Both the position numbers and the translations under genes were made by a program. The notes below the pieces were generated by a model. That model worked only from the letters and a program-made list of their open reading frames with translations, was not told where the DNA came from and ran no database searches. A stretch of 64,000 bases of DNA from Podarcis pityusensis (Eukaryota), in assembly GCA_964106645.2 (NCBI GenBank), contig OZ067040.1; one strand, written 5' to 3'. Positions 50,337 through 63,000 of this stretch are shown here, piece by piece; position 1 is the first letter of the stretch; the number at the start of each line of letters is the position of its first letter.

Positions 50337-51099
50337 CCCGAATAGCTACTAAGCGCCTAATGCTAGTTATGTAAATACTGTCTGGAAGAGATGAGTTTCC
50401 ACACCTACCTACAGAGTTTGCCAACTTTTCAGCCAACTTCTGTACCTGTGCCATTAAGAAGAGCTTCAAATTTGCCTAGCAAGTTGCTGCTAAACCAGGC
50501 TGGTTTGTTAATTTTTTTCTGGCCATTGACAGCTGGCAACCCAAATACCTTGGCAATGTGTGAAGTGGGATTAGTCAGTTCAGAGGGGGAGCTTAGGGAC
50601 ATATAGTGAGGGGTAGCTGAGTCAGGCTGTCAGCACGATGAGGCCACTACAGAGTGAGTCTGAGCGTTATTAAAAAGCGGAATGGCAACTCGCATGCATA
50701 TTGTTGGGTGTTTGGAGGAGCATTTGAAGCAGGGAACTGGTAGAAAGGAGGGGATGCTCAAGCCTTTCCATACCCCTTCCCATCTCCACCCTCCATCCAG
50801 CTGCTTTGCCCCCATGCGGAGTCCCAAGCTCATATCCAATGTTCCTTTGGAACCCAGCAGAGAGGGGAGGGGAAGCAGATTTTCTTGACTCCAAATCCCC
50901 CATACTAATTATCTACTCCAAATCCAGCTGTCAGGTTATTGTTGCATGTGTTTGCATGTAATTGTGGTTCAGCTCAGAGAGGAAGAATGGGTTGGCAAAG
51001 TGTCATGTCCTGTCATGAAATCCGAGAGGGAGCCAAAGGCCTGGGGAGCAGTGCAGAGATGCCGAGTGGAGTCAAATCTATGCATTTTTTAAATACATG

Positions 51100-51290
51100 G
51101 CATGGTGGTCAGAGTGTTGGGCTGAGACCTGGGAGACTAGTGTTCAAATCACCACTGGGTGACCTTGGGCCAGTCACAGTCTCTTACCCCACACAGCTGT
51201 TGTGAGATTAAAATGGGGAGCAGGAGAACTATGGATGCCACCTTGCACTCTTTGGAGGAAAGGTGGAATATAAATGTATAAATAAACAAA
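51100..51290 (+). mobile_element. Older Squam3/MIR-like SINE (related remnants at about 1270-1401 -, 20230-20312 -, 27878-28025 +, 41822-41945 +)
   Basis: gttcaaatc B box, gggtgaccttgggccagtcac core, ggaggaaaggtggaatataaat L2-like tail. Confidence 0.7.
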
Positions 51291-51361
51291 CAAGGGAGGC
51301 AAGTATCTCTCAAGTGATCATTACTTGACAGCATTACTTGATACTCTTGTATCAACATATA

Positions 51362-51602
51362 CAGTGGTACCTCGGTTTACGAACTTAATCTGTTCCGAAA
51401 GTCCGTTCTTAAACCGAAACCGTTCTTAAACTGAGGCACGCTTTCTCTAATGAGGCCTCCCACCGCCAGTGCCCTTCCACCACTCAGATTCCGTTCTTCG
51501 ACTGAGGTAAAGTTCTCAAACCGGGACACTATTTCCAGTTTTGCAGAGTTTGTAAACCGAATTGTTCTTAAACCAGACTGTTCCTTAACATAGGTACCAC
51601 TG
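51362..51602. mobile_element. Tc1/mariner MITE, related subfamily
   Basis: CAGTGGTACCT...AGGTACCACTG, TA TSD. Confidence 0.88.
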
Positions 51603-53952
51603 TACTCTGACAAGAAGCAAAGGGAGATTTAGGGCAGAGTGACTGGTTCCGCCATACTGGTCGCTGAGCCTAGGGGGCGCTGCAGGGCATCACAACTATG
51701 ATCTAGTGAATTGAGCGGAACAGAAGGGGGGGGTGCTGCCAAATTTTGGCCTCGTACAGTGCACCACTGAAATTTCAAAGACAGAAGTCTGCCCCTGCAT
51801 GAAGTTTGATGGGTGGAATTCAATGTCACACTCTTCAGGTTGTTCCATCTGCACAATCATTGCAGTTTGCCGGATGGAATGATCCCCCCTCTCCCTCCCT
51901 CATGTGCTGTTCTGGGGGTCCTGCTGACCGCCCGCCCACCCCAAGCCAGTTGTGGGTAGGAAGGCGGAAAAAGAGGAGAAGACCTGTTACACTAAGTCCT
52001 TACAAGGCTTCCACTGCCAAGGCTGGCTAGCTGAGTCCCACCCATTTATTTTATGTTCCATTTAACTATAGGCGACTCTAAAAGCTGTACAGATGACTCA
52101 GCACAATGGAAGTAAAAAGAGTTAAAATGATAAAATCAGGATTCAATTAAAAACCCTGCTGGAAGAAAAGGTCTTCAGTACTACAAATGTTAGAACTTCA
52201 GCCATCATCATATATTAGCAATGATTTGCTAAGTCCAAAACTAAGTAGAAAAATTATATTCTGCTAGCTAAATGGGCACATTTTGGAGGATTTCTTTGTT
52301 CTTATATTCATCACTGCTGATGAAAGCTGCGGCTCATTGTAGCCATTATCTCACTGCAACCAGCTTAGATTCAAACTTAAGTAATGTTATAAAAGTCAAT
52401 GGAACTAACAGTAAATTCCTTCAATACATATTGAAGGAATTTTGGAAGGAAGCCTCCTTGACCTCAGTGGGACTTACCTCTAAGTAAATATGCCTAGGAT
52501 TGCAGGGTAAATCAACTTAACTCCAACACTCCAATTTAACTGGGGTAAACATTACAAAAAACCATACGCACCAGGATCTTTCCTGTACACACATGAACTC
52601 CATTCCAGCCAAGTGCCTAGTTTTTGTGAAACAGGTGACAGCCCAGGTTGCTCATGAGGTTATCCAAATGTGTTTCTAATCACTTTCCTCAGCAAATGAA
52701 TCCAGATCAGACCTTGCAGAAACCTAACTGACTGATCTCATTGGACATTCAATTTGATTGTGGTAAGTAATAAATTTTAATACTCCAGACAATATAAAAC
52801 ATATAAAGCAAGAGTAAATTATATTTACACCAAAGTTCAGTCTTCTGCACTGGTTGAGTAATGTAAAGTGTTTATGAAGTGAATGATAACTGAGTCCAAA
52901 AAAAGGAAGAATTCACCAGAGAGCTGGTAAACAGAAAAGACAAGCTGAAGCAAGAGAAAAACCACTGTGAGGGGAAAAATGGAGATAGATGTCACTTTCC
53001 CCCAGGAAACTGGAAGCAAAGAGAGTTCATGGCCTATGGTGTCTATGCTCACCCTGTTTTTGCTTCTGACAGACAAGCTTTCTATTTGTTTCAAAAACCT
53101 GCAAAGCCTCTTTGACCTAGAGCAGCAGTAAGGCTAACAAAATATACATGTACAGTATACACCATAGAAAGCAATAGCTCTGGCACACCACTCGCACTGT
53201 TGAGCAACACTGACAGTTTCCTCTATAAAAAAACAGGGGTCTGGTTCCCCCCCCCCCCTTCCACAGAGCCACTGGTGTTTCCCTCCCCCTTTTCTCCAAT
53301 GGAAATAGGAGTTTCTCTCAAGCTATTCCTTCCCCTTATGTCGCTAGTCTTTTTTCTCTTTTTTTCTCCCCAAGAATCACAAGCAACAAATAGGAGGCTA
53401 GGCTGGCCCCCATCTGCTTTCCTTTTCTTGTTAAACACATACTGTTTTGTTTAGAGACAGGCCTTTGGCCACTAACTGGCTGTTGCAGCAGGGTCTTATA
53501 ATGATGAAACTTCAGTTGGTCCAGAATGTGGCGACCAGATTACTAGCTGCGGGTCCATTTAAAACAGCTGCACTGGTTGCCAGTTTATTTTTGGCCCCAA
53601 TTCAAGCTCTAAATGACACAGGCCCCAAATACTCCCTCCTTCCCTACAGACCCTCTCAGGTGCTAAAACATTGGCAGAGGGGGCCTTCTTGGTTTTTCAG
53701 CTAACTGCGAGGGCTTGGGCAGGCGTGGCCCAGGAAAAAGCATTATCTGTGGCCGCTCCTAAAGTTGTGGAATTCAGTCCGCACATAGCAGAACAGCAGG
53801 GAAAGCCTTGTTGAGATTTCCATTCCACCTTAAGGAGCAGACGTGTGGAACTGTTACGTGTCACATGTCTGTTTACATTCCAGCACAGTTTGCTGGGAAC
53901 TTCCATCGTGTGTATAGCTTTTGTTTTTTCCCTGTCTCTCTGAGAAGACAAA

Positions 53953-53976
53953 GAGAGAGAGAGAGAGAGAGAGAGA
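53953..53976. repeat. (AG)n microsatellite
   Basis: Read directly from the sequence. Confidence 0.95.
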
Positions 53977-55759
53977 GGACATGTTTCTTTGTCCTGATTT
54001 ATGATTAATAAATCTGTAGTTGTAGTATGCTTTCACAAGCCTCACACCTATTCTGTGTGCACAGTTCAATCTGCTGATAGTGTGCCCTGGCTTTGAAGCC
54101 CGGGTCGCTGATCTACGTCGGAGCAGAGGCCGATGGGTCTATGCAGCGGACGGCTGGAAGGAGACGGCCTAGCTAGGGCTAGCCAGTTGGCCTTACAGCC
54201 CTCTACATGTCGACAAGCCTTCCATGGCCTTCAACTAGCGGGACTAGCTAGTTTTATCCCACCGCATATTATTTTGATTAATGGGTTGTTTTATTGACAG
54301 CTATGTAAATCATATTGTGCCCATCTATGGTGAAAAGCAGTGTATAAATACAGTATTGGAAATAATTTTAATAGTACTCCTAATAGTCACATTAATTTTT
54401 GCATACTGTGTGCTAGAAACTAATAGTGTGTGAGTGTGAGTGTGTGTGTGTGAGTGTGTAAAGAGAAAATATTAACTATGGTTTATTGAGATAAGCCTCC
54501 TTTATAAACCAAGGTTTGAAGTTGGTTTGACCACAGTCAATGCTAATCACAGTTTGCCCTGATTCAGATATAATGCTAAACTGTAATTAGTTAAAAATGG
54601 AAGTGAGAGCTTTTCATATCAGCCATCACCAAAGAAGGAGAATGGAAAAGGGGAATTGTGAGCATAAGGATCTCCTAATTTTTTTCACAAAATAATAAAC
54701 CATAGTTTGTCATTATGTCTGAATATGTTGAACAGCAGCTGAGCAAAGGGATTAGATGATAGCACTGGGGAGGGAATGTGCTGGAACAGCCATGGAAGGC
54801 TAGCCATAGTTGCCTTTTCTCCTTTTTCAATGGGATAGTTAATAAAGTGCATGTCCAGGATTAAAAGTGGCAATTCTAAATTGTGACATTTCTTGTGACC
54901 TTGGGAAATCTGGAGAAACGGTGCAATATAACATTTTTGGAGTCGTAAAAGGCTTCAGGGCAGAACACCAAAGCTGTAACTGCTTCAGGAAAAACTGAGC
55001 AAAGAAAACAATGATTCAAGGTGAATGTGCAGCACCATAGCTGCCAATACACTCATTGCCTGCCTGCAATTCAAAGACACACAGTGTCCTGTTGCTCTGC
55101 TGATGCCAGAAAATGAGAGTGACAATAGGTAAGGGTAACTTACCAGGGGACCCATTTCAGAGTAGAGAAAATCTCCGGGTTTTCAGATTCCCCACTGCTT
55201 TTCCTGATCTCCAAATGTCTCCAATTCTCCCAGAACAAGAGCCCTTAGAAGCTCAAGAGCTTCAATATTTATCATCACTGACATTGATTTAATAAAAAGT
55301 TGCCGGCTTTATCTGTCCCCTGCAGCACAAAATAGCTTCAGGTACTGGTGGCTCTATAAAACAAAGCAATACAAGGATTTCTACCTGGATGGTTGTCAGC
55401 CAGACTAACTGGTTTTGTTTTGTCATCTGGTTCTTTGTTCATTTTTAGCTCAGGACTGCCTCGGTGTGAATCAATTTCAAATTTGCATTATTACCATTAC
55501 TAAAAGCCTGCAGTCAAAGAACTGGCAAGTTGGTTCAAATCAATACATGGAATTCAACTCCCTCCCCTGCATTGTTTCTTGACGGTTGTTGCCCCTTTAG
55601 GGTTGTCAGTCACAATGATTAAGTAACAATAGATGCCATAGCGGTCATAAAACCCCTTCTGTGCAATTCAGACCACTTTCTCTTCCACCTTCTTTCCCTC
55701 AGGTTCCTGTTTTTCAGCCCATTAGCTACTTTGTGCTATTCTTTCTGCCTTGCCATTTA

Positions 55760-56294
55760 CCGTATTTTTCGCTCCCGACCATAGGACGAACCCTGTTTTA
55801 GAGGGGGAGAACAAGAAAAAAAACTCCCCTCTCTGCTCAGCGCCCCTTAAGTGAAGCGGCAGGAGAAACGGAGCCCCTTCCATTTCTCCTCCCGCTTGGC
55901 AGAAGGGGCGCTGCACAGCTCTACCTCTCTGCTGAAGCCTGGAGAGCTTCAGGGATAGCTGCCTGAAGCCTTCAGAGCACAGTGCGAGTTCCTACTGCGC
56001 TCCGGAGGCTTCAAGCGGCTATCCCTGAAGCCTTCAGAGCACAGTGCAAGTTTCCGCTGCGCTCCGGAGGCTTTGGGTTCCTTTTGCTGAATCCGGGAGA
56101 GCAAGACTCTCCCGGCTTCAGCGAAAGGAACCTGAAGCCTCCAGAGCGTGGAGGGAGTGCTCCCTCTGCACTTTGGAGGCTTCGCATTGCTATCGCTGAA
56201 GCCAAGGAGCTTGCATTCGCTCCATAGGACTCACACACATTTTCCCTTAATTTTTGAAGGGGAAAAAGTGTGTCCTATAGAGCGAAAAATACGG
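55760..56294. mobile_element. Tc2/pogo-like non-autonomous DNA transposon with internal tandem palindromes
   Basis: Perfect 15-bp TIR CCGTATTTTTCGCTC / GAGCGAAAAATACGG, TA TSD. Confidence 0.88.
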
Positions 56295-56543
56295 TAGTTC
56301 CCCTGTTGGGGGGGGGGCTCTTCTGAGTCCTCAGCTAGCCACATAAACGTAGCATTTCCCCCTAGAATCTGTGAGAGATTTCAGTCCAAGCCAAACTAAC
56401 AACATCCCCTTCTCTTACATGTTAGACTGCAAACGTTCTGGTGGCTCTGAAGTGGGATAAGCAAGTGGGATATTTGTGAACCATTTTGTGCCTTCACATC
56501 AGCTCAGCTGGTTGCCAAAGGCTTCCTTGCCACAAGCATAATA

Positions 56544-56769
56544 CAGTGGTACTTCGGGTTACAGACGCCTTAGGTTACAGACTCCGCTAACCCAGAAATA
56601 GTACCTCAGGTTAAGAACTTTGCTTCAGGATGAGAACAGAAATCGGGCAGCGGTGGCGCAGCGGCAGCGGGAGGCCCCATTAGCTAAAGTGGTACCTCAG
56701 GTTAAGAACAGTTTCAGGTTAATAATAGACCTCTGGAACGAATTAAGTTCTTAACCCGAGGTACCACTG
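56544..56769. mobile_element. Tc1/mariner MITE (same family, opposite orientation to 28185)
   Basis: TIRs and TA TSD. Confidence 0.92.
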
Positions 56770-57082
56770 TAAAATTATTTACACTGCAACTGCAAGTGTG
56801 CTGGGAAGCGGCACAATTTAAAATGGGTATGTGGATGAACAATAGGTGTTTTCCCTCCCCCTGGAAGCAGCAGCAGTTCTAAGTGACAGGGTAAAAGCAA
56901 TCCGCTTCCCCAATTGATGTCTTTTCAGTCTTTCGTTCCAATTATATTCACATTAGGAGTCCCAAAAGGGAGGGTGGGAAGGTGGGATCATAAAGGCCCC
57001 TTTACCACTCTTAGCCTCTGCTATACATGCTTAGATATTACAGCGGCAGTAGATTCTGAATGAGATCTGTTGTCCTGTGCTA

Positions 57083-57200
57083 CACTGAATGGCAAGTGGC
57101 TCTCTAGGGTTTTCGGCAAGAGTGCCCCCCCCCCCACATGACGGTGCCAGGGATTGAACCTGCATGCAAAACAGGCACTGTATTACTGAACTATAGCCCT
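57083..57200 (-). mobile_element. Decayed tRNA-derived SINE
   Basis: Minus strand agggctatagttcagt...tttgcatgcaggttcaatccctggcacc (A/B-box-like). Confidence 0.55.
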
Positions 57201-57439
57201 TCTCCTTACTTTGACTTTTTAGTTTAGCTTAAACTAGCTAAGACTAAGTTTAAGGAAATGAAAATGGTTGAGCATGAACTAAAGCAGATGTTTATGGGAA
57301 GAAAACAACATCATGTTAAATACCAGTTATAACAACTCACCTGGTTCACACTTTTCTTCCCAAGTCTATATAAAGATTCTAGCTTCCCTCAAGCCTCTAT
57401 TAAGTTGTCGATGATATGAAAAAGTCTGGGAGATAGTGC

Positions 57440-57730
57440 ACCCAGGATAGAGCCTTTTCTGTAGTGGCACCCCACTGAGGAATGCCCTACCCTTGAAGGC
57501 ATGTCAGGTGCCAATACTGTTGTCATTGCAGCACCAAAGGAAAAGATACTCATTTCTTAGGCTCTTAAGATTTTTGGTGAACGGTTTTTAAAATCTTCTG
57601 CTCTGTCTTTAGTTGATTTTAGCTGTCTCTGTTTGTGTTGCTTATGGGAATTATCTGCATGTTTTATTGATTTGGTTATAATGTATTTCATGTTGCACCC
57701 TGCCCTGGTATCAGTTGAATGCTGCTCTAT
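57440..57730 (+). mobile_element. Old L2 3' fragment (similar remnants at about 24800-24960 -, 25230-25520 -, 33000-33420 +, 53470-53790 +, 54085-54350 +)
   Basis: agagccttttctgtagtggcacccc...gaatgccctaccc (AFSVVAP..NALP) followed by a T-rich 3'UTR. Confidence 0.6.
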
Positions 57731-60041
57731 TTTTATTAGACATCTTTGCTTGATTTTGTGCTCTAATGTTGTCTTTTGATATCTAAGCATGGCGTGTTTC
57801 TATGTTGTGCCTGCTCCATTTTTGACGACTGGAAAATATTTTGTTTCTTTGGTGCTCCTTTCTTGTTTTGATGAGCTTTGGCCTTTATCTGCCGGACTGC
57901 CCAAGAAATCAGAAGCACAAGGTCTGCCTGGGGACATCTGCAAGGTTAAAGAAGACACTTTCCATTTTAATGAATAAATGGCCTCTTGTCTGCTTAGCAT
58001 CACTCTCATGTGTCTGTAACAAATACAGGCAGAATCAATTTTCTTCCCTTCTGAGCTGCTAATTAAAGGCCTTTTGTGATGTGACGTTACCAATGAAATG
58101 GCTGCTTGAATCATTTCTACTTTCCTATAGTGCTATGCAGGTCCCTCTTTTTTCATGACAGAGAACTTAAACAGAGCAATTTCTGAGAGAGCCGAGAAGT
58201 GACACAAAATCGGGGCAAACGGCTAATGAGTCTAAATAAAAACTGTCTTGAGAGCTTGCATACACAAACTGTGAGTGATAAGATAGTCAATACAATTCCA
58301 CAGTTTGTTGCCAAGTATATGCTCACATGCCTAGTGAGTGGGAGCATGCTTGTCCTAGTTATTTATTGTTTGAAGCATCTATAATTTCATCTAGCCTGTG
58401 TCATTGGTTTTGTCGGCAGCGTCATAATCAGTGCCTTGTACTGTCTGCCCTGACAACATGTGTACCAAAATACAAACATGCTGAAAATTTTACTGGGATC
58501 ATAAAATCATAGAGTTGGAAGGGACCCAAGGATGAAGGACACATTTCTGTAAAAAAAGGATGAATCTTCAGAACTGACTGCCAAGGACGTCTTTCTCACC
58601 ATTTTGCATGAGTGAAATGCGGCTTTCTATTCCATCCCTTTCCCTTCTACTTTCCTTTTTAATAACATTTCAGGGCATTATGATTTTGGGAGCTTACATT
58701 TGGATCATGAGAATAGTGTTGTACAAGGTCCTGAGTAACCAAAGGGGAGATAATAGTGAGAGACCTACCTTCCTATTGCATTTGACGGCTAAATGTCATC
58801 TGCTCCAAAGCGATTGAACACAATTTTGCACATTTAGTTTATTGGTAACTCCAGTTGCTGGAAGGTGCGATTATCAAGATGTATCTTTTCTGCTACGTCT
58901 ATGACAGTTATAGAGATTGTCTTTTTATAAAGACCAACTACAGCCTTCCAGCTCATTAGGTTTCTAGTGAGAGGCCACCGGTGGTCAACAGTTTCCGTAT
59001 ACAGGTATATATAGACCTGAAATGTTATATAGAAAGAACCAATATCATAGGGGGTGAACCAGGAGAGGGGAGGTATAGTTCTGAGGTACTGGGAGCATGC
59101 TTTGTATGTATAATGTCCTACAATGATTTTGGGTGCCTCTGGTTAAATATAGTCCCGGCCCTACCATTAGGCAGAGTTGGGTGAATGTTGCTGGAGGGTG
59201 GGCAGGGAGTGGTGGAAAAGTGTTTGAGAGCAGTACTTGCCATGTGTGTGTGCCACACAGTTTGCTGTGTACCACCACAGCTAGTTGATCTCATGGGAAG
59301 TGGGAGATGCTATCCTCTTGCCAGTGCTGAAATACGTAATGTTTAACCAGCAGTGCAGATAGTATCTGTACAGGAAATAAGAGGTGTGTCATCTTCTCCT
59401 TTCTCTCCAGTAACCGAACATCTTGGGCCAGCCCTGGTTATAAAAATATTAACTTGTATGTCTAAGGATGGACTTCTGCTTGAAATTCTTGAAAGTCATT
59501 GCCTGACAGAGTGGACAGCACTGAGCCGTTCATTGGATCTGTCATATGGCCAATCTTTTATCTTTATACAAATTGTGGCAAAGTTGCAGGTGCAGCAGTC
59601 CTCAAGGTCAGCCCCAGTGGTGTGTGCTTAAAAACAACAACAACAATGAACAATAGCTTTTAAAGAATATAAAATATGTAAAGTAATATCATACTCTAGT
59701 ATAAGGTATCCACTTACATATTCTGCAATTTTAAATGACCAGAAACCATTTTGATGTCTCTGTTGCTCTAAATGATACCTTCAGCTGCGCTCACATTTCC
59801 TAAGCGAGGACTCAGTTTAAGCAATAAGAAATCAGAGCTACCAAAAAGCATAACCTCTTTGAATTTGACCTCTCTCTGTCCACCCTGCTGTGTAATAAAT
59901 AAATGAATGAGTCCTAAGTCATCTTGAACTGGCCACTGTCAGAGACAGTGGGACTAAATAATTCTTTTTTTTTTTTTGCCCCAGTAGAGATCTCCCTGTT
60001 ATTATGGAGAAAACTGTTTTTTAAACAGCCACTGCAATATA

Positions 60042-63000
60042 TTTTTTTTTTTATAGAAATTTATTGGGTTTTACAATAAAAATAAACATAATAAACAATG
60101 TAACATATATCTTAACATAATTTCACATTTTCTTTGGACTTCCTCACATCTCCCGCTCCCACTTTCATCGTTATAGCATTTTGTCAGCAATTTATTATCT
60201 TATTTGCATTCTTATATCCCTTCTATGTTTCATAATCTTCTAGTTCTCAAAAAGAGTTATATTTTCTCAATCTCACTTATTTTCTTAAAATCATCTAAAT
60301 TAGTGGTGCTCAGTTATATTGATCTAGCATCCTGTTTAGCATTCACTCAAGTTGCAATGTTTTTGTAAATAATTCTTAAATTTCTTCCAATCCTCCTCAG
60401 TCCTCTCTTCTCCCAGGTCGCGAATTCTGCCGGTCATCTCAGCCAGTTCCATGTAGTCTATCAGTTGCATCTGCCATTCTTCCAGTGTGGGTAGATCTTG
60501 AGCTTTCCAATGCTTTGCGAGTAGTATCCTTGCTGCTGTTGTTGCATACATAAAAAATGTCTGGTCCTTCTTTACCACCCCTTGGCCGACAATACCCAAA
60601 AGAAAGGCCTCTGGTTTCTTAGTGAAGGTATATTTAAATACCTTTTTCAGTTCATTATAAATCATTTCCCAGAACGCCTTCACTTTAGGGCAAGTCCACC
60701 AGAGGTGGAAGAATGTTCCTTCACACTCTTTACATTTCCAACACTTATTGTCAGTCAGGTGGTAAATTTTTGCAAGTTTGACTGGGGTCATATACCATCT
60801 ATATATCATTTTCATTACATTTTCTTTCAAAGCGTTACATGCAGTAAATTTCAATCCAGTACTCCACAACCTTTCCCAGTCCTCAAACATAATATTATAC
60901 CCAATGTCCTGCGCCCACCTTATCATAGCCGATTTAACCATTTCGTCTTGTGTGTTCCATTTTAACAGCAAGTTATACATCCTTGAAAGTACCTTACTCT
61001 TAGGTTCTAACAATTCTGTTTCTATTTTCGATTTCTCCACCTGGAACCCTAATTTCTTGTCATTTTTAAAAACTTCTTTAATCTGAGCGTAATGTAACCA
61101 GTCTCGCACTTTATCCTTCATTTTCTCCAAACTCTGCAGTTTCCAATTGTCTCCATCTTTTTCTAGAATTTCCCAATATTTTGGCCATTTGGCCTCCATA
61201 TTGGGTCTTTTTCGGGCCTTAGCTTCCAAAGGTGAAAGCCACCTTGGGGTTTTATTTTCCAGCAAGTCTTTATATTTTGTCCAGACATTAAACAGTGATT
61301 TTCTGACAATATGGTTCTTAAAGGCCTTATTTGCTTTAACCTTGTCATACCACAAATATGCATGCCATCCAAAAGCATTGTTAAACCCTTCCAAATCCAA
61401 CACATCAGTGTCTTCAAGAAGTAGCCAGTCTTTTAGCCAGCAGAACACTGCGGCTTCATAATACAACTTTAAATCTGGCAGGGCAAAGCCCCCTCTTTGT
61501 TTTGCATCAGTTAATATCTTAAACTTAATTCTGGGCTTTTTGCCCTGCCAGACAAACTTAGAAATATCTCTCTGCCACTTCTGAAAGCACTCCGTCTTGT
61601 CCAAAACCTGAAGTGTTTGAAATAAAAACAACATCCTTGGCAATACATTCATCTTGATAGCAGCAATTCGGCCTAACAAAGAAAGTTTCAATTTTGACCA
61701 ACTATCTAAGTCTCTCTTAATTTCTGCCCAGCATTTTTCATAATTATCCTTAAATAGACTTAGGTTTTTTGCTGTTATGTTTACCCCTAGGTATTTTACT
61801 TTTTTAACCACATTAAGTTCCGTCTCTTTCTGAAACCGTTCTGACTCTGTATCTGTCAAATTTTTCCCCAAAACCTTAGTTTTCTGTTTATTTAATTTAA
61901 ATCCAGCCACCCGACCAAAGTCATTAATCAGTTGTAATACTCTTTTCGTACTAGGCTCTGGCTTCTGCAGGGTCAAAACCAGGTCATCTGCAAAAGCTTT
62001 TAATTTATATTGTTTCTGTCCGACCTGAATTCCTTCCACCAACCGATCCCCTCTAATCATATTCAATAGCACTTCCAGAACCGAAATGAATAACAAAGGG
62101 GAGATAGGGCAACCTTGTCGTGTTCCTTTTTCAATTTTAAACTCTTCTGTAACCACATTATTAACTATCAATTTAGCTTTCTGTTCTGAATATATCGCCT
62201 CAATCCCATTCTCAAAACCCCGTCCCACTCCCATCTCTTTTAAATTTCCCATCATAAATTTCCAGGAGATGTTGTCAAAGGCCTTCTCCGCATCTATAAA
62301 GATTAAAACTGCTTTTGTATTTATATCTGTTTGCAAAAGTTCCAAAATGTCAATAATGTTCCTTGTATTAGCAAACAAATGCCTACCTGGGAGAAAGCCT
62401 GCCTGGTCCTTATGGATTACTTCATTTAAAACTTTTTTAAATCTACTTGCCAAAATGTCTGCAAATATTTTGTAATCCACATTTAGAAGGGAGATGGGAC
62501 GGTAGTTCTTAAGTTGTGTCTTTTCAGCTTCCGACTTTGGTATTAATGTGATAAACGCTTCCTTCCACGACTCCGGTGCCCTCTTCCCCTCCATAGTTTC
62601 ATTGCTGACTTCCATCAAAGGTTGTATCAAATAGTCTTTTAATGTCTTATAGTACTTGGAGGTCAGCCCATCTGGCCCTGGAGATTTGCCCAGTTGCATG
62701 TTCTGAATGGCTTGTTCAATCTCCTGTCGTGTTATTTTAGAATTCAGGATTGTCCTATTTTCTTGTGACAATTTGGATAGTCCATTTTTTGCCAAAAATT
62801 GTTTAATCTCAACTTCGTCTTGCGGCCCTTGGGTGTATAGTTTTTTGAAGTATCTCTGGAAACACTTTCTAATGTCCACCGGATTCTGAATGTTTTTTCC
62901 TTCAACCTCTAAGTTTGTAACCGTATTTAATCTTTGTCTTCTCTTCAACTGCCAAGCTAGCAGTTTTCCACATTTATTCGCCGACTCAAATGTTTTTTGT

